Shown: one piece after another, positions 20,604 to 30,230 of the stretch
Layout: each line of letters begins with the position of its first letter
How positions within the stretch are numbered: the first letter of the stretch is position 1
DNA from: Candidatus Cloacimonadales bacterium
GTDB lineage: Bacteria; Cloacimonadota; Cloacimonadia; Cloacimonadales; JAIOQZ01
Length of the DNA: 64,000 bases
Direction of reading: 5' to 3'
NCBI GenBank assembly: GCA_963665815.1
Contig: OY762463.1
Span: 3,424,001 to 3,488,000, forward strand
Notes under the pieces: model-generated
Told to the model about the DNA's origin: nothing
What the model saw: only the letters and a program-made list of their open reading frames with translations
The model's database searches: none
Made by a program: the position numbers and the translations under genes

Positions 20604-20718
20604 ATATATGTTATAACTATAAGAATAATATGTAGTTAACTTTCTTTTATTTACTTTACACAAAATGATTGAGGAAAGGAGAAGAGCATTTCATAAATGA
20701 CGGTTATGAATAAGTGCT

Positions 20719-20756
20719 AAAAAAATAGGCATCACTATGAAAGTCGATGCCTATTT
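20719..20756 (-). terminator. Rho-independent terminator of the decarboxylase-tyrS operon
   Basis: aaataggcatc..gatgcctattt stem with a U-tract on the minus strand. Confidence 0.7.
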
Positions 20757-20767
20757 AAGATATTAGG

Positions 20768-21049
20768 TTACTTAAATAATTTTAGATTCAAGTTCTTCTC
20801 TAAATCAAGATACTCGTAAGTTTCATTCTTTTGAAGCGGAGTTCTTACGTCATGAGTTCCCATCGGAGTATAAAGCGGTTTATATTCTCTGAGAGGATTT
20901 ACTTGCTCATTCATTATGTAATCCTGAGAATAGTTTGGTCTTAACTGTTGATGATAAAGATTATCAACTCTGAATTGTCCTTGATCAATGCGTCTTGAGA
21001 AATCAAGTTGCCTTTGTTGTGATTGATTATAGAAAAAACTCTCACTCAT
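20768..21049 (-). CDS. Hypothetical Gln/Tyr-rich protein (93 aa)
   Basis: aggag RBS directly after the tyrS stop; followed by a terminator. Confidence 0.65.
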   Translation of the reverse strand: MSESFFYNQSQQRQLDFSRRIDQGQFRVDNLYHQQLRPNYSQDYIMNEQVNPLREYKPLYTPMGTHDVRTPLQKNETYEYLDLEKNLNLKLFK

Positions 21050-21059
21050 TTCATTCTCC

Positions 21060-22352
21060 TTAGCTTAATTTAAGCATAATATAGTTTTTTTTTCCTTTTC
21101 TGACTACAACAACTTTCTTATCTATTATTGATTTGTTAAAAAGCTCATTGTAGTTGCCTGTGTTAGCTTTGACGTTATTGATGTAGAAACCACCATTTTT
21201 TACCAATCTTCTAAATTCACCATTTGAAGAAAAAATTCCTGATTTTGTAAAAGAAAATGCAATATCTGATTGCTGTTCAATCTCCCTTCTACTAATTGTG
21301 TAGATTGGGATTTGATCAAAAATGCGTAGTAATTCATCGTCAGTAAACTCACTTATATCTCCACCAAACAATGCTTTTGATGCTCTAAGAACTTTATTAA
21401 GTTCATCTACGCCATGAATCAGTTCAGTCATTGATTTTGCCAATTCTTTTTGAGCATACCTTTTTTCCGGAGCTTGCTTGTGTATTAACATAACTTGTTC
21501 AATATTTTCGAGCGTGGAAAAAGTGAAGTACTTCAAAAAATCCTCTACATCAGTATCCTCAACGTTGATCCAATACTGATAAAACTCATAAGGAGTAGTC
21601 ATGCTCTTATCAAGCCATATGGCATTTCCCATAGATTTACCAATTTTCTCACCATCTTTTGTTGTTATCAACGGTGATGTACAGCCATATACTTGTTGAT
21701 TAGATATTTTGTGTGTTAGAGCTATACCTGCTAATATATTTCCCCATTGATCGTTACCACCAATTTGCACATTTACTCCATATTTTTTGTTCAAGTAGTA
21801 GAAGTCATAGGCTTGCATTGTTTGATATGAAAACTCGGTAAATGTTATTCCATTCTCGGAGTTCAACCTTTTCTTTACACTTTCTTTGGCTAGCATATTG
21901 CTTAATTTGAAATGTTTACCAACATCTCTTAACCAGTCAACAAAGGTTATACTCCCAATCCAGTCATTATTGCGAACAATCTTTGTCTTGTTCTCTGAAT
22001 TGGGATTGATAATTGCCCTAATTTGTGTTTGTAATGATTTTACATTATTGTCTACAGTTTCCTTTGTGAGAAGAGATCTTTCGGATATCCTTCCTGATGG
22101 ATCTCCAATCATGCCTGTCGCATCACCAATCAGAACTATTGTTTTGAGTCCTCTATCCTTATACCTTTTGAGAGTCAATATTGAAAGAAGATGCCCTGTA
22201 TGAAGGCTAGGACCTGTAGGATCTACACCTACATATATTACAGGATTTTCATTTTCAATTATTTCATCCAATTTCTCGTATGAAACTTGTGCAAGCAGTC
22301 CTCTGAGTTCTAATTCTTTTAAGATTGATAAATCACATTTATGCTGATTCAT
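21060..22352 (-). CDS. tyrS: Tyrosine--tRNA ligase (island-borne copy)
   Basis: YVGVDPT, HTGH, IGDPSG, FSYQTMQAYDF, QIGGNDQWGNI, KIGKS, C-terminal S4-like RKGKK. Confidence 0.95.
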   Translation of the reverse strand: MNQHKCDLSILKELELRGLLAQVSYEKLDEIIENENPVIYVGVDPTGPSLHTGHLLSILTLKRYKDRGLKTIVLIGDATGMIGDPSGRISERSLLTKETVDNNVKSLQTQIRAIINPNSENKTKIVRNNDWIGSITFVDWLRDVGKHFKLSNMLAKESVKKRLNSENGITFTEFSYQTMQAYDFYYLNKKYGVNVQIGGNDQWGNILAGIALTHKISNQQVYGCTSPLITTKDGEKIGKSMGNAIWLDKSMTTPYEFYQYWINVEDTDVEDFLKYFTFSTLENIEQVMLIHKQAPEKRYAQKELAKSMTELIHGVDELNKVLRASKALFGGDISEFTDDELLRIFDQIPIYTISRREIEQQSDIAFSFTKSGIFSSNGEFRRLVKNGGFYINNVKANTGNYNELFNKSIIDKKVVVVRKGKKNYIMLKLS

Positions 22353-24342
22353 TTTGTTCTCCTTCATTGAAAAAATGAGTTATTGGTGAGATTTCATCGA
22401 CCTGTTTTGACGAGTCTATACCTGAATAGTATTCCTCTTTAAGCTTCTTCAAGTAGTCACAAAAAGCATCAAAGACATGCTTTTTCTCTTCACCTTCTAC
22501 TACATATGAATTAATTGCATGAGGATGCATTATGCACGTCCTGAAGTATTTTTTACCATTCATAGTAGTTTCTACGACAGAGAATCGTTTACATCCATTC
22601 ACGGGGTGCATTTTCTTTAGCATTAACTCAGTTAGATGTTCGTTATTTTGCCATCGGTATGTTAGTATGTTGCTCTGGGGAGAATTAACAACCATCCCAT
22701 CTATTTCCTTAAGTTTTCTATATAAAAGGTTCGCAGCAATGATAGATGAGCAAACATCTTTACCTAAACCTTCTTGATTTAGAGGTTTAGAAACTAATGA
22801 AAAATAAAGCGAAATCGCACTTGCACCTGGTCTGCTTCCTTCAAGAGAAAACATTCCAGTAGGTAATTTAGCTTCTTTCTGAGTCCAGAGGTAGTCTGCA
22901 TTAGACGCAATATGCATAAGAGATCTCTTGTCTTTATACAATACGACTGACGATGGGTATGGAATGTATGTTGCTTTGTGAGGATCATATGTAATTGCAT
23001 CAACATCTTTCAATGCATTAGCCTTTTTCAGAATTCTGTCTGTAAAAAAAAGGCATTCATTTTGTATCTTATTGGAATCACTGGACGAAAAGCCGTGACT
23101 AACAGCTATTTGCCTAAAATAATTCTCTAATTGGCTTTGAGAAACAAGTTTTCCTTGTTTGTCTCGTAAAGCAGCAACAAAACTGATACCATAAGCTCCA
23201 TCAACAATTGTAAAAAAGCTAATGCCATGATTTTCTTCTAATTCATTTCTGAGTAATATAATAGCTTCAATGTCATCAAAGTTTGAATTCTCAGTTGTTC
23301 CAAAAATTCCAATGCAACCCATTATCCAAGACTCACTATTAATTATTATTTTTTTTACCTTATTTAAATCAATCGCATCATTTGTATCATTTTCAACTAA
23401 AATGAGACTTTCAGATCCAGAAGATCTCATTTTCAATGCTTTAACTATACTATAGTGTGCTGATTCAGATACTATGAACTTCCAAGAATTGTTCATTACT
23501 GTAAGGGAATCGGGAAAAGCTTTCTTGCATTTACATCTAAAAGCAAACTCACCAATGTAGTTCAGTAAATATGGAGATAGTATTTTATTAGTGATTCTAA
23601 CAACGTTTTTTGATTCATTATGAGCAATAATTTGGGAGGATAGCCTGATTAAGTCTTCCTTGATACAATTCTTCTGATTTATCGGTAAATTGATAAGTTC
23701 ATGAAATGATAATTCTGAGAACTGCTTGTTTTCTCCCCAAGCATTTGTTACGAAGTAATTATGTTTCCAATGTGAGATAAATCTTGAATGTAACTCGTTA
23801 TCTACTTCTATTGTCTCGTTTTTAATTGCTAATGAAACTGATAAGGGAAATGTCTGAATATTTGTTGCGACATGAATAGAACTCATCATTCCTGTTGTTC
23901 CTCCAGTTGTAAGGTTTCCATGAGCTGTGGAAGGATTATAACCTACTAGTTTTATAGCTTCAATGATGCAATACTCTTCACACTTGCTTGAAACGGGTGA
24001 ACTTACACTATCTACTAGGTTTTCATTAACTGTCATGCCTATCATTCCACCCATTAGTGATTCAGGACTCAATCTTGAATTCATATGTGCTAAGTATCTA
24101 GTTGATTGAAAGACTGGTGTTAATTGAAAAATGTCCTTGATTACTTGATATTGCTTATGATTAATGGGTTCTCTTCGAGGTTTTAAGTCGTTTGTGTCTA
24201 ATGGAAATTGCTGACGTTGTTTTGCAAGAAGTTCATCAATAGTATTTTGAAGATTGTTGCAAATACTTGTTACTGTCCTATAATAGGACTCATCGTAACC
24301 ATCTTTTGACTCTTCTGATGTCGGTGCATCGATACGTTCCAT
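22339..24342 (-). CDS. Group II PLP-dependent decarboxylase (tyrosine-decarboxylase-like)
   Basis: YLAHM, HYS, GTTE, VDGAYG, DPHK (PLP lysine), LEGSRPGA; substrate not established. Confidence 0.85.
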   Translation of the reverse strand: MERIDAPTSEESKDGYDESYYRTVTSICNNLQNTIDELLAKQRQQFPLDTNDLKPRREPINHKQYQVIKDIFQLTPVFQSTRYLAHMNSRLSPESLMGGMIGMTVNENLVDSVSSPVSSKCEEYCIIEAIKLVGYNPSTAHGNLTTGGTTGMMSSIHVATNIQTFPLSVSLAIKNETIEVDNELHSRFISHWKHNYFVTNAWGENKQFSELSFHELINLPINQKNCIKEDLIRLSSQIIAHNESKNVVRITNKILSPYLLNYIGEFAFRCKCKKAFPDSLTVMNNSWKFIVSESAHYSIVKALKMRSSGSESLILVENDTNDAIDLNKVKKIIINSESWIMGCIGIFGTTENSNFDDIEAIILLRNELEENHGISFFTIVDGAYGISFVAALRDKQGKLVSQSQLENYFRQIAVSHGFSSSDSNKIQNECLFFTDRILKKANALKDVDAITYDPHKATYIPYPSSVVLYKDKRSLMHIASNADYLWTQKEAKLPTGMFSLEGSRPGASAISLYFSLVSKPLNQEGLGKDVCSSIIAANLLYRKLKEIDGMVVNSPQSNILTYRWQNNEHLTELMLKKMHPVNGCKRFSVVETTMNGKKYFRTCIMHPHAINSYVVEGEEKKHVFDAFCDYLKKLKEEYYSGIDSSKQVDEISPITHFFNEGEQNESA

Positions 24343-24363
24343 AGTATCCTCCATATTTAATTT

Positions 24364-24482
24364 GACACAGAAAACAGATCCCCTATAATTGTTTCGACTA
24401 GAACTACAGGGTTGGTTTCTTAGGAAACTGGCTCTGTTTTTGTGCTTTAACTAGAAAATATTCAGTATGAAGTTAATGTCAA
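24364..24482 (-). promoter_or_regulatory. Sigma70-like promoter and three-stem 5' leader of the decarboxylase operon
   Basis: ttgaca-16nt-tatttt on the minus strand, then gcacaaaaacaga/tctgttttctgtgt closing two hairpins. Confidence 0.5.
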
Positions 24483-24708
24483 GATAAAAAAACTCAAAAT
24501 ACATAAAAAAATATTCAAAAAAACATCACGAATAATTGGGTTGACTCTTTGCCTGTTGCCTTACGCGCTTTTAAAAAGCTCACAGTAACGATATTCTAGA
24601 TACTTTTAAATAAAATTTTTAACATTTTATACACAATCTCCGAAATATTTACATTATTCTTGACAAACTACTCATAAAAGTTTCAATTTGCATGAAAGGA
24701 GATTACTA

Positions 24709-26439
24709 TTGAGTGATTTTATTGATATAAAAGAATTCCTGAAACAACAAAAAGATAAGAGGAAAAGCTTTTCGATTGAAGAGTTAGCAAAGGAATTAAA
24801 AGCACAAGAAGATTTAGTAAAAAAAGAAATAGAGTCAAATATTCATGAATTTCAGATTGTATATGATCGAAGTGGAAAAGAAAAATATAAACTTGCCAAA
24901 GAAAAAACGAGTTTAGAAAAAGTACAAGAATTTTTGGTCAAGAATAGGCTAAAGTACTACACAAAGGATGAAATAGCCAAGCATACAGGCGTTGCTGGTG
25001 CGACCATGAATACTCTTTATGAAAGAAACCCCAATATGTTCGAAGTAAATAAAGTAAAGGCAAACAGTAAAACAAAACCGATAAATACTTATAAACTAAG
25101 AATTAAGAAAGCAGGGGAAATAATTGGACCTGGGGATTTTGGCTTCATCAAAAAAAACGATTTTAAGAAAGTTGATAAACTGACAAGCCCTGATAGTATT
25201 ATGGGAAATAGATTCGTTTCAATTGTTGGTGGAGTAAAAACAGGGAAAACTTCATTAGGTAATTATTATATTCAGAAATTTTGTGAAATTTTGCCTGAGT
25301 ACAAAGTTGTTGAAATAGATTTTGAAACTTTAATAAATTATTCAAATGCTGAAAGCGATATTAGTAAAACTGATGTGAAAGATGAGAGGGAACAAGGGCA
25401 CAGGTTAACATCATTGAAGTTGTTTTATGAAAATCTGCTATTGATAATACATGAGCAGATTTCAGACATAAAGATGACTATCAGATACTCGAAAGATAGA
25501 AAAAAAGCTGCTGTTGCTTGGGTAAACAAACTCAAATTGTATGGTTACAATTTTGAGGGTAATATGTTACAGGTTAATGAACCTTTCAATGAATTAAAGA
25601 TTGCTATAGGTGATGATGATAAAATGCCTTTACCGGATTCTTTGAGTGAAGTTCTGCAAATAGTATTGGAGCTGGATGATATAAAGAACGAAATTGCTCC
25701 AAAACTTGAACTTCCTGATTTTAAAAACGATGACTTATGTGCTCAAGATCTCATATATCAAGCATTAAACAAGTTTATTGCATTGATGATGAACGAGAGA
25801 TTCAATTTGTTCGTTTTCGATTGCATGGGGGCTGAGACGACTACAAACCAAAAGAATAATAGAGCTTTTAATTATGTGCAAGATAATTTCCTACATTTCC
25901 TTAGGGGAGTATACAACATGCAGTCTCATGCTGCACTAAGATACACAAAGTTCTTGTATATACTAACTGCAGAAAACGATTTAAGTGATGTATCTGTGTT
26001 CATGAAAACTCATAATAGTTGTATTAGACAACATGCTTTCAGTAAAGATAATGTAAAACATTTACTAGAAACAATGTGTATTGAAGATGAAGAATTTGTC
26101 ATTTCAGATTTAATTCATAAAAGTTTTTTGGGGCAGTGTTTTCTTACGCAATATTTTGTCCAGCATAGATCCAATGAACTTTTTGACTTAACTGAGCAGA
26201 AATTGTATTCATTGATGGATGATTTGCTATCTGAGACACCAATTATTCATTACTTCAGTAGAATTGATGATTTATTTAAGGATTTCTTTAAGGGTGACTC
26301 AATTTCTCAGGTGGATTTAAGTAATGTAAAAAAGAAAATGTTTTTGATGCAGAATAGTTTGATTAACGAGAAAGGGGAAAAGAGCTTATTTTATGAAATA
26401 CTTCTTAAAAATTTGAAAAAGGAGAATGCTGATGGATAA
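24709..26439 (+). CDS. P-loop NTPase (AAA_35/STAND-like) with N-terminal tandem HTH-like repeats
   Basis: SFSIEELAKEL and YYTKDEIAKHTGV segments; Walker A GGVKTGKTS; degenerate Walker B LFVFDC; TTG start behind aaggag. Confidence 0.7.
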   Translation: MSDFIDIKEFLKQQKDKRKSFSIEELAKELKAQEDLVKKEIESNIHEFQIVYDRSGKEKYKLAKEKTSLEKVQEFLVKNRLKYYTKDEIAKHTGVAGATMNTLYERNPNMFEVNKVKANSKTKPINTYKLRIKKAGEIIGPGDFGFIKKNDFKKVDKLTSPDSIMGNRFVSIVGGVKTGKTSLGNYYIQKFCEILPEYKVVEIDFETLINYSNAESDISKTDVKDEREQGHRLTSLKLFYENLLLIIHEQISDIKMTIRYSKDRKKAAVAWVNKLKLYGYNFEGNMLQVNEPFNELKIAIGDDDKMPLPDSLSEVLQIVLELDDIKNEIAPKLELPDFKNDDLCAQDLIYQALNKFIALMMNERFNLFVFDCMGAETTTNQKNNRAFNYVQDNFLHFLRGVYNMQSHAALRYTKFLYILTAENDLSDVSVFMKTHNSCIRQHAFSKDNVKHLLETMCIEDEEFVISDLIHKSFLGQCFLTQYFVQHRSNELFDLTEQKLYSLMDDLLSETPIIHYFSRIDDLFKDFFKGDSISQVDLSNVKKKMFLMQNSLINEKGEKSLFYEILLKNLKKENADG

Positions 26440-28681
26440 ATGTTTTGCTGATGGAGGATGTGTTGACAAGAGCAGACATATTTATGCTAGAAGAAAAGAA
26501 GATGTTAAACTTAAGGAATTGATTATTGATGATTGCAGTACCGTTTATGTTAATGGACCTAGAGCTGTTGGGAAATCAAGCTTAGTAAGAAGTGTAACTG
26601 ACGACTCAAATGAAGTAATTACAATCAATGTTGATTTAAGATTTTATTCTCGTAAGGAGTATACACCGGAAAACTGGTTCCTCATGTTGTTTCAAGCAAT
26701 TGATAGTAGTCTTAGTTTTGTTCTTCCAAATTTTAGGCATGGTGAAGTAATAAATTGGTTCAGAACATACAGTAGTGAATACTCATCACAAGCTAATTAT
26801 CTTCTTGATTTCTTTAAGTTGTTTATAAGGGGTGAAAAGAACATTAAAAGAAAATTTGTGATTGTGTTTGATGAAGTCGATGTGATTCAATCTAATGGAT
26901 ATCACACAGATAACTTTCTAACGGGAATCGTTTTACTTAATAAGGAGTTACAGAATCTTAACTTGTCTCAAGTTTTGATATCCATAAGTCACCCGATGTT
27001 CTTAGTTAGGGAGTTAAAGTACTCAGATATTAAGATAGGTACAAGGATAATTGTGAATGATTTTGAGAACATTGACGAGATAACAATGAAGGATTGGGCT
27101 GAGGGGTTATTTAACATTAATGAGGAATCTAGACTGAAATTAACAAAAGAGATTATTGAGTACACAGGGGGACATCCATATATTTCAGGTATAATTGGCA
27201 ATATTATAAATTCTGAATATTCTGGTAATATTGAAAATAACACTCTAAAAAAAATTATTGATCAATTCATTACTGATCAGAAGAGCTCATCAAATATTAA
27301 TCCTCATTTTGAAGCTCCAAGAGATTTCATTTTGATGAGACCTAGTTTGGCATATGAGGTACTCGACTTTTATGAGCAGGTTATTGCTGTTGATGGGTAT
27401 ATTGATCTAGATATAGAGAAAAAAACAGCAAATGATCCCAAACTAATTATTGCCGTATTGTCTATAACTGGGCTTGTAAGAAGACACTATTCTGGTCAGT
27501 ATAAGTGCAGAAGTTATATTTATAGGCGAATTTTCAATGATAAGTGGGTAGGTAACACTAAATCTCATCTTGGAAGTCGATTATTTTCAGGTAACGTATT
27601 GGCTTCGCACAAAAGGTCTGACCTACCCAAAATTGGATTAATTAATTGTGGTGGAACATTAGGTATGACAGAGCATGATGGAAAAATTCAAGCACCTTCA
27701 AATGAAGAGGAGTTTTATAGAATGTTCCCTTCATTAAGTCATATGGCAGATGTAAGACTTATACCATTCAGGATCAAAGATGGTGCAAACATGTTTATCG
27801 AGGATTATAGTGAGTTAGCTAAGCATATTTATTTAAGAAGAGATGATGGTTTTGATGCTTTTATAATAATGCATGGAACTGACACTTTAACATACACTGC
27901 ATCAGGTGTTGCATTTGCTTTGGGCAAAGGTTTAAATTGTCCAGTAGTCTTTGTTGCAAGTCAAGCCCCTGTTTCAGTTAGATATGGTGATGCTGAAATT
28001 AATCTTAAACGTGCTTTTGCAGTTGCCACAATGAAGATAAATGAAGTAGTCATATGTTTTAATGATTCTGTTTTTAGGGCTGTTAGAACCGAGAAATTGT
28101 CAGACTATAGATTTAATGGGTTTCACTCACCTACATATCCTGCTATTGCTACAATTAGCGAGAAGATAGAGTTAAGTGAAAAATGGTCATCTGAAAATGA
28201 AACAAATAAATCGAGTGCTCCTGAGTATATGTTAAATAATGAGTTTGAACCTAATATCCTACAGATAGTACAATATCCTGGAATAAATCCTAAGAATTAC
28301 GAGGATATTGTGTTTAGTTGTGGAAGTAAAGTTAAAGCGATTATTATTCAGAGTTTAGGTTTGGGTAATCTACCAACAATGGGTGAGTATAATTTTCTTC
28401 CATTTATAAGTAGGGCTGTTTCAAAAAATATTCCGGTTGTTATTACTAGTAAATATCCAATTCTGCCGGAGTTTGTTGAGAAATATATCCCTGCTAGTAG
28501 ACCGGTCCAATCAGGAGCTATACATGCAGGAAATATGACTCCATCTGCTGCTCTTACAAAATTATCTTGGATTTTAAAAGGGATATATAAAGAAGTAGAA
28601 ATAGGAATCACTAAAGTGGAAAATTTAATACGAGTTGTAGAGAGAAAAATGAAAACAAATTATATTGGAGAATTAGATTAA
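26432..28681 (+). CDS. AAA_35/STAND-like ATPase fused to an L-asparaginase domain
   Basis: YARRKED, GPRAVGKSS, VIVFDEVD, TGGHPY; then CGGTLGM, HGTDT, RAVRTEK, GLGNLP, MTPSAALTKL. Confidence 0.88.
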   Translation: MDKCFADGGCVDKSRHIYARRKEDVKLKELIIDDCSTVYVNGPRAVGKSSLVRSVTDDSNEVITINVDLRFYSRKEYTPENWFLMLFQAIDSSLSFVLPNFRHGEVINWFRTYSSEYSSQANYLLDFFKLFIRGEKNIKRKFVIVFDEVDVIQSNGYHTDNFLTGIVLLNKELQNLNLSQVLISISHPMFLVRELKYSDIKIGTRIIVNDFENIDEITMKDWAEGLFNINEESRLKLTKEIIEYTGGHPYISGIIGNIINSEYSGNIENNTLKKIIDQFITDQKSSSNINPHFEAPRDFILMRPSLAYEVLDFYEQVIAVDGYIDLDIEKKTANDPKLIIAVLSITGLVRRHYSGQYKCRSYIYRRIFNDKWVGNTKSHLGSRLFSGNVLASHKRSDLPKIGLINCGGTLGMTEHDGKIQAPSNEEEFYRMFPSLSHMADVRLIPFRIKDGANMFIEDYSELAKHIYLRRDDGFDAFIIMHGTDTLTYTASGVAFALGKGLNCPVVFVASQAPVSVRYGDAEINLKRAFAVATMKINEVVICFNDSVFRAVRTEKLSDYRFNGFHSPTYPAIATISEKIELSEKWSSENETNKSSAPEYMLNNEFEPNILQIVQYPGINPKNYEDIVFSCGSKVKAIIIQSLGLGNLPTMGEYNFLPFISRAVSKNIPVVITSKYPILPEFVEKYIPASRPVQSGAIHAGNMTPSAALTKLSWILKGIYKEVEIGITKVENLIRVVERKMKTNYIGELD

Positions 28682-28695
28682 TAAAGGAGATTAAT

Positions 28696-30192
28696 ATGTC
28701 AAAGGAAGTATTTAAAACAGGATATGATAAGGCAAACAAAGGAAAAGGAGTGCTTGTTATATATACGGGTGGTACTATTGGATCAATGCCTAAGGATCCT
28801 AAAGATCCTGATAGTCCACAAGTCGTAGTCGGTTGGGAAAAATACAAGGAACTTACTCCGCAGATACATGAGGAATACATCGGATTCAATGTTGATGCCT
28901 ATAGTACTGAACCGTTAGATAGTTGTAATGTTGGTCCTGTCATATGGAAAGAGATAGCAATGGTTATCAAAGAATCATATGATAAATATGAAGGATTTGT
29001 CATTCTTCATGGCACAGACACAATGGTTTATACCGCAAGTGCATTAAGCTTCATGTTGAATAATCTTGGTAAACCCGTAGTTATAACTGGTGCTCAAATG
29101 GCATACCTGTTTAATGTAAGAAATGATGGGTTTCAGAACATGATATCAGCTTTGCAAATTGCAAATCCAAAATTTTCTGGTATACCAGTTATTCCAGAAG
29201 TTACACTCTATTTTAATGGAAAATTGCTCAGAGGTAATAGAGCGAGGAAAATTAATGCATCTGGATTTAACGCATATATTTCTGCAAACTATCCACCATT
29301 GGCAACAATAGGTGAAAGTATTGTTGTTGATGAGAAGTTGATACGAGAAAAGAGCAAGTTGTCTTTTAATGCAAAAACAAGAATGGAAACTGGTGTTGTG
29401 GCTATTAATTTTTTCCCTGGTATTCAGGATGGAAAAGTGCTTGAGAGAATACTCTCTGACCCAAGTTTAAAAGGGGTTGTTTTAATGGCTTATGGTGCTG
29501 GAAACATTCCAACCGACAAAAAAGTTCTGGACTTGATCAAGAAAACGACTGATCGAGGAGTAGTTGTATTGGATGTAACGCAATGTGGTGGTGGAAAGGT
29601 AGAACTTGGAATGTATGAGACTAGTGCTCTTTTATTGGACGTTGGTGTAGTTAGCGGAATAGATATAACTCCTGAAGCAGCACTCACTAAGTTAATGTAT
29701 TTACTTGCAGATGAAGATGATAGTCCTCATGCTATTGCGCTTAAGGTAGAAAGGGATTTGGCGGGAGAACAAAGTATGAGCATATATACTGCTGAGTTTA
29801 AATCATCGGGAACTTGCAGTGTTGATTCAACTATGAATAGAAGCAGAATTCCTGCTGCAAATATTGAAGGTACTTGGAATAATAATGATATTGAACGGAT
29901 AATGTTGCGTTTTAGAAATGGCGTGATAAGTAATCCTAATATAGATGAGTATGCAAAAATTAAACTATTTATGGATATTAGTTCAGATGATGATCTTGAT
30001 GAAAACAGTGTTAATTATTTAGGATGCTTCAACAGATTACAAAATGATGATCCAACTATTTTATTCTTTGATATAACAGATAAGGCAAAAGAAATATTAG
30101 CAAAAAGAGCTTCTATTACTGTAGTAATGGATTCAGAAACCGCTTCGTTTACTTGGGAAAAGGCTGAACTAACTATTTTTGTGAAAAGTTAA
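28696..30192 (+). CDS. Type I (AnsA-like) L-asparaginase with C-terminal extension
   Basis: YTGGTIG, DS, HGTDTM, TGAQ, RGNRARK, YGAGNIP, DITPEAALTKL. Confidence 0.92.
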   Translation: MSKEVFKTGYDKANKGKGVLVIYTGGTIGSMPKDPKDPDSPQVVVGWEKYKELTPQIHEEYIGFNVDAYSTEPLDSCNVGPVIWKEIAMVIKESYDKYEGFVILHGTDTMVYTASALSFMLNNLGKPVVITGAQMAYLFNVRNDGFQNMISALQIANPKFSGIPVIPEVTLYFNGKLLRGNRARKINASGFNAYISANYPPLATIGESIVVDEKLIREKSKLSFNAKTRMETGVVAINFFPGIQDGKVLERILSDPSLKGVVLMAYGAGNIPTDKKVLDLIKKTTDRGVVVLDVTQCGGGKVELGMYETSALLLDVGVVSGIDITPEAALTKLMYLLADEDDSPHAIALKVERDLAGEQSMSIYTAEFKSSGTCSVDSTMNRSRIPAANIEGTWNNNDIERIMLRFRNGVISNPNIDEYAKIKLFMDISSDDDLDENSVNYLGCFNRLQNDDPTILFFDITDKAKEILAKRASITVVMDSETASFTWEKAELTIFVKS

Positions 30193-30230
30193 TGATGGGT
30201 AAGTTTTCTTACCCCTTTTTTTGAGGAAAT

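Noticed and set aside
24355..24480. T-box riboswitch for tyrS
   Set aside because: Leader is too short and has no T-box consensus (GGTGGNACC-like) or terminator/antiterminator pair
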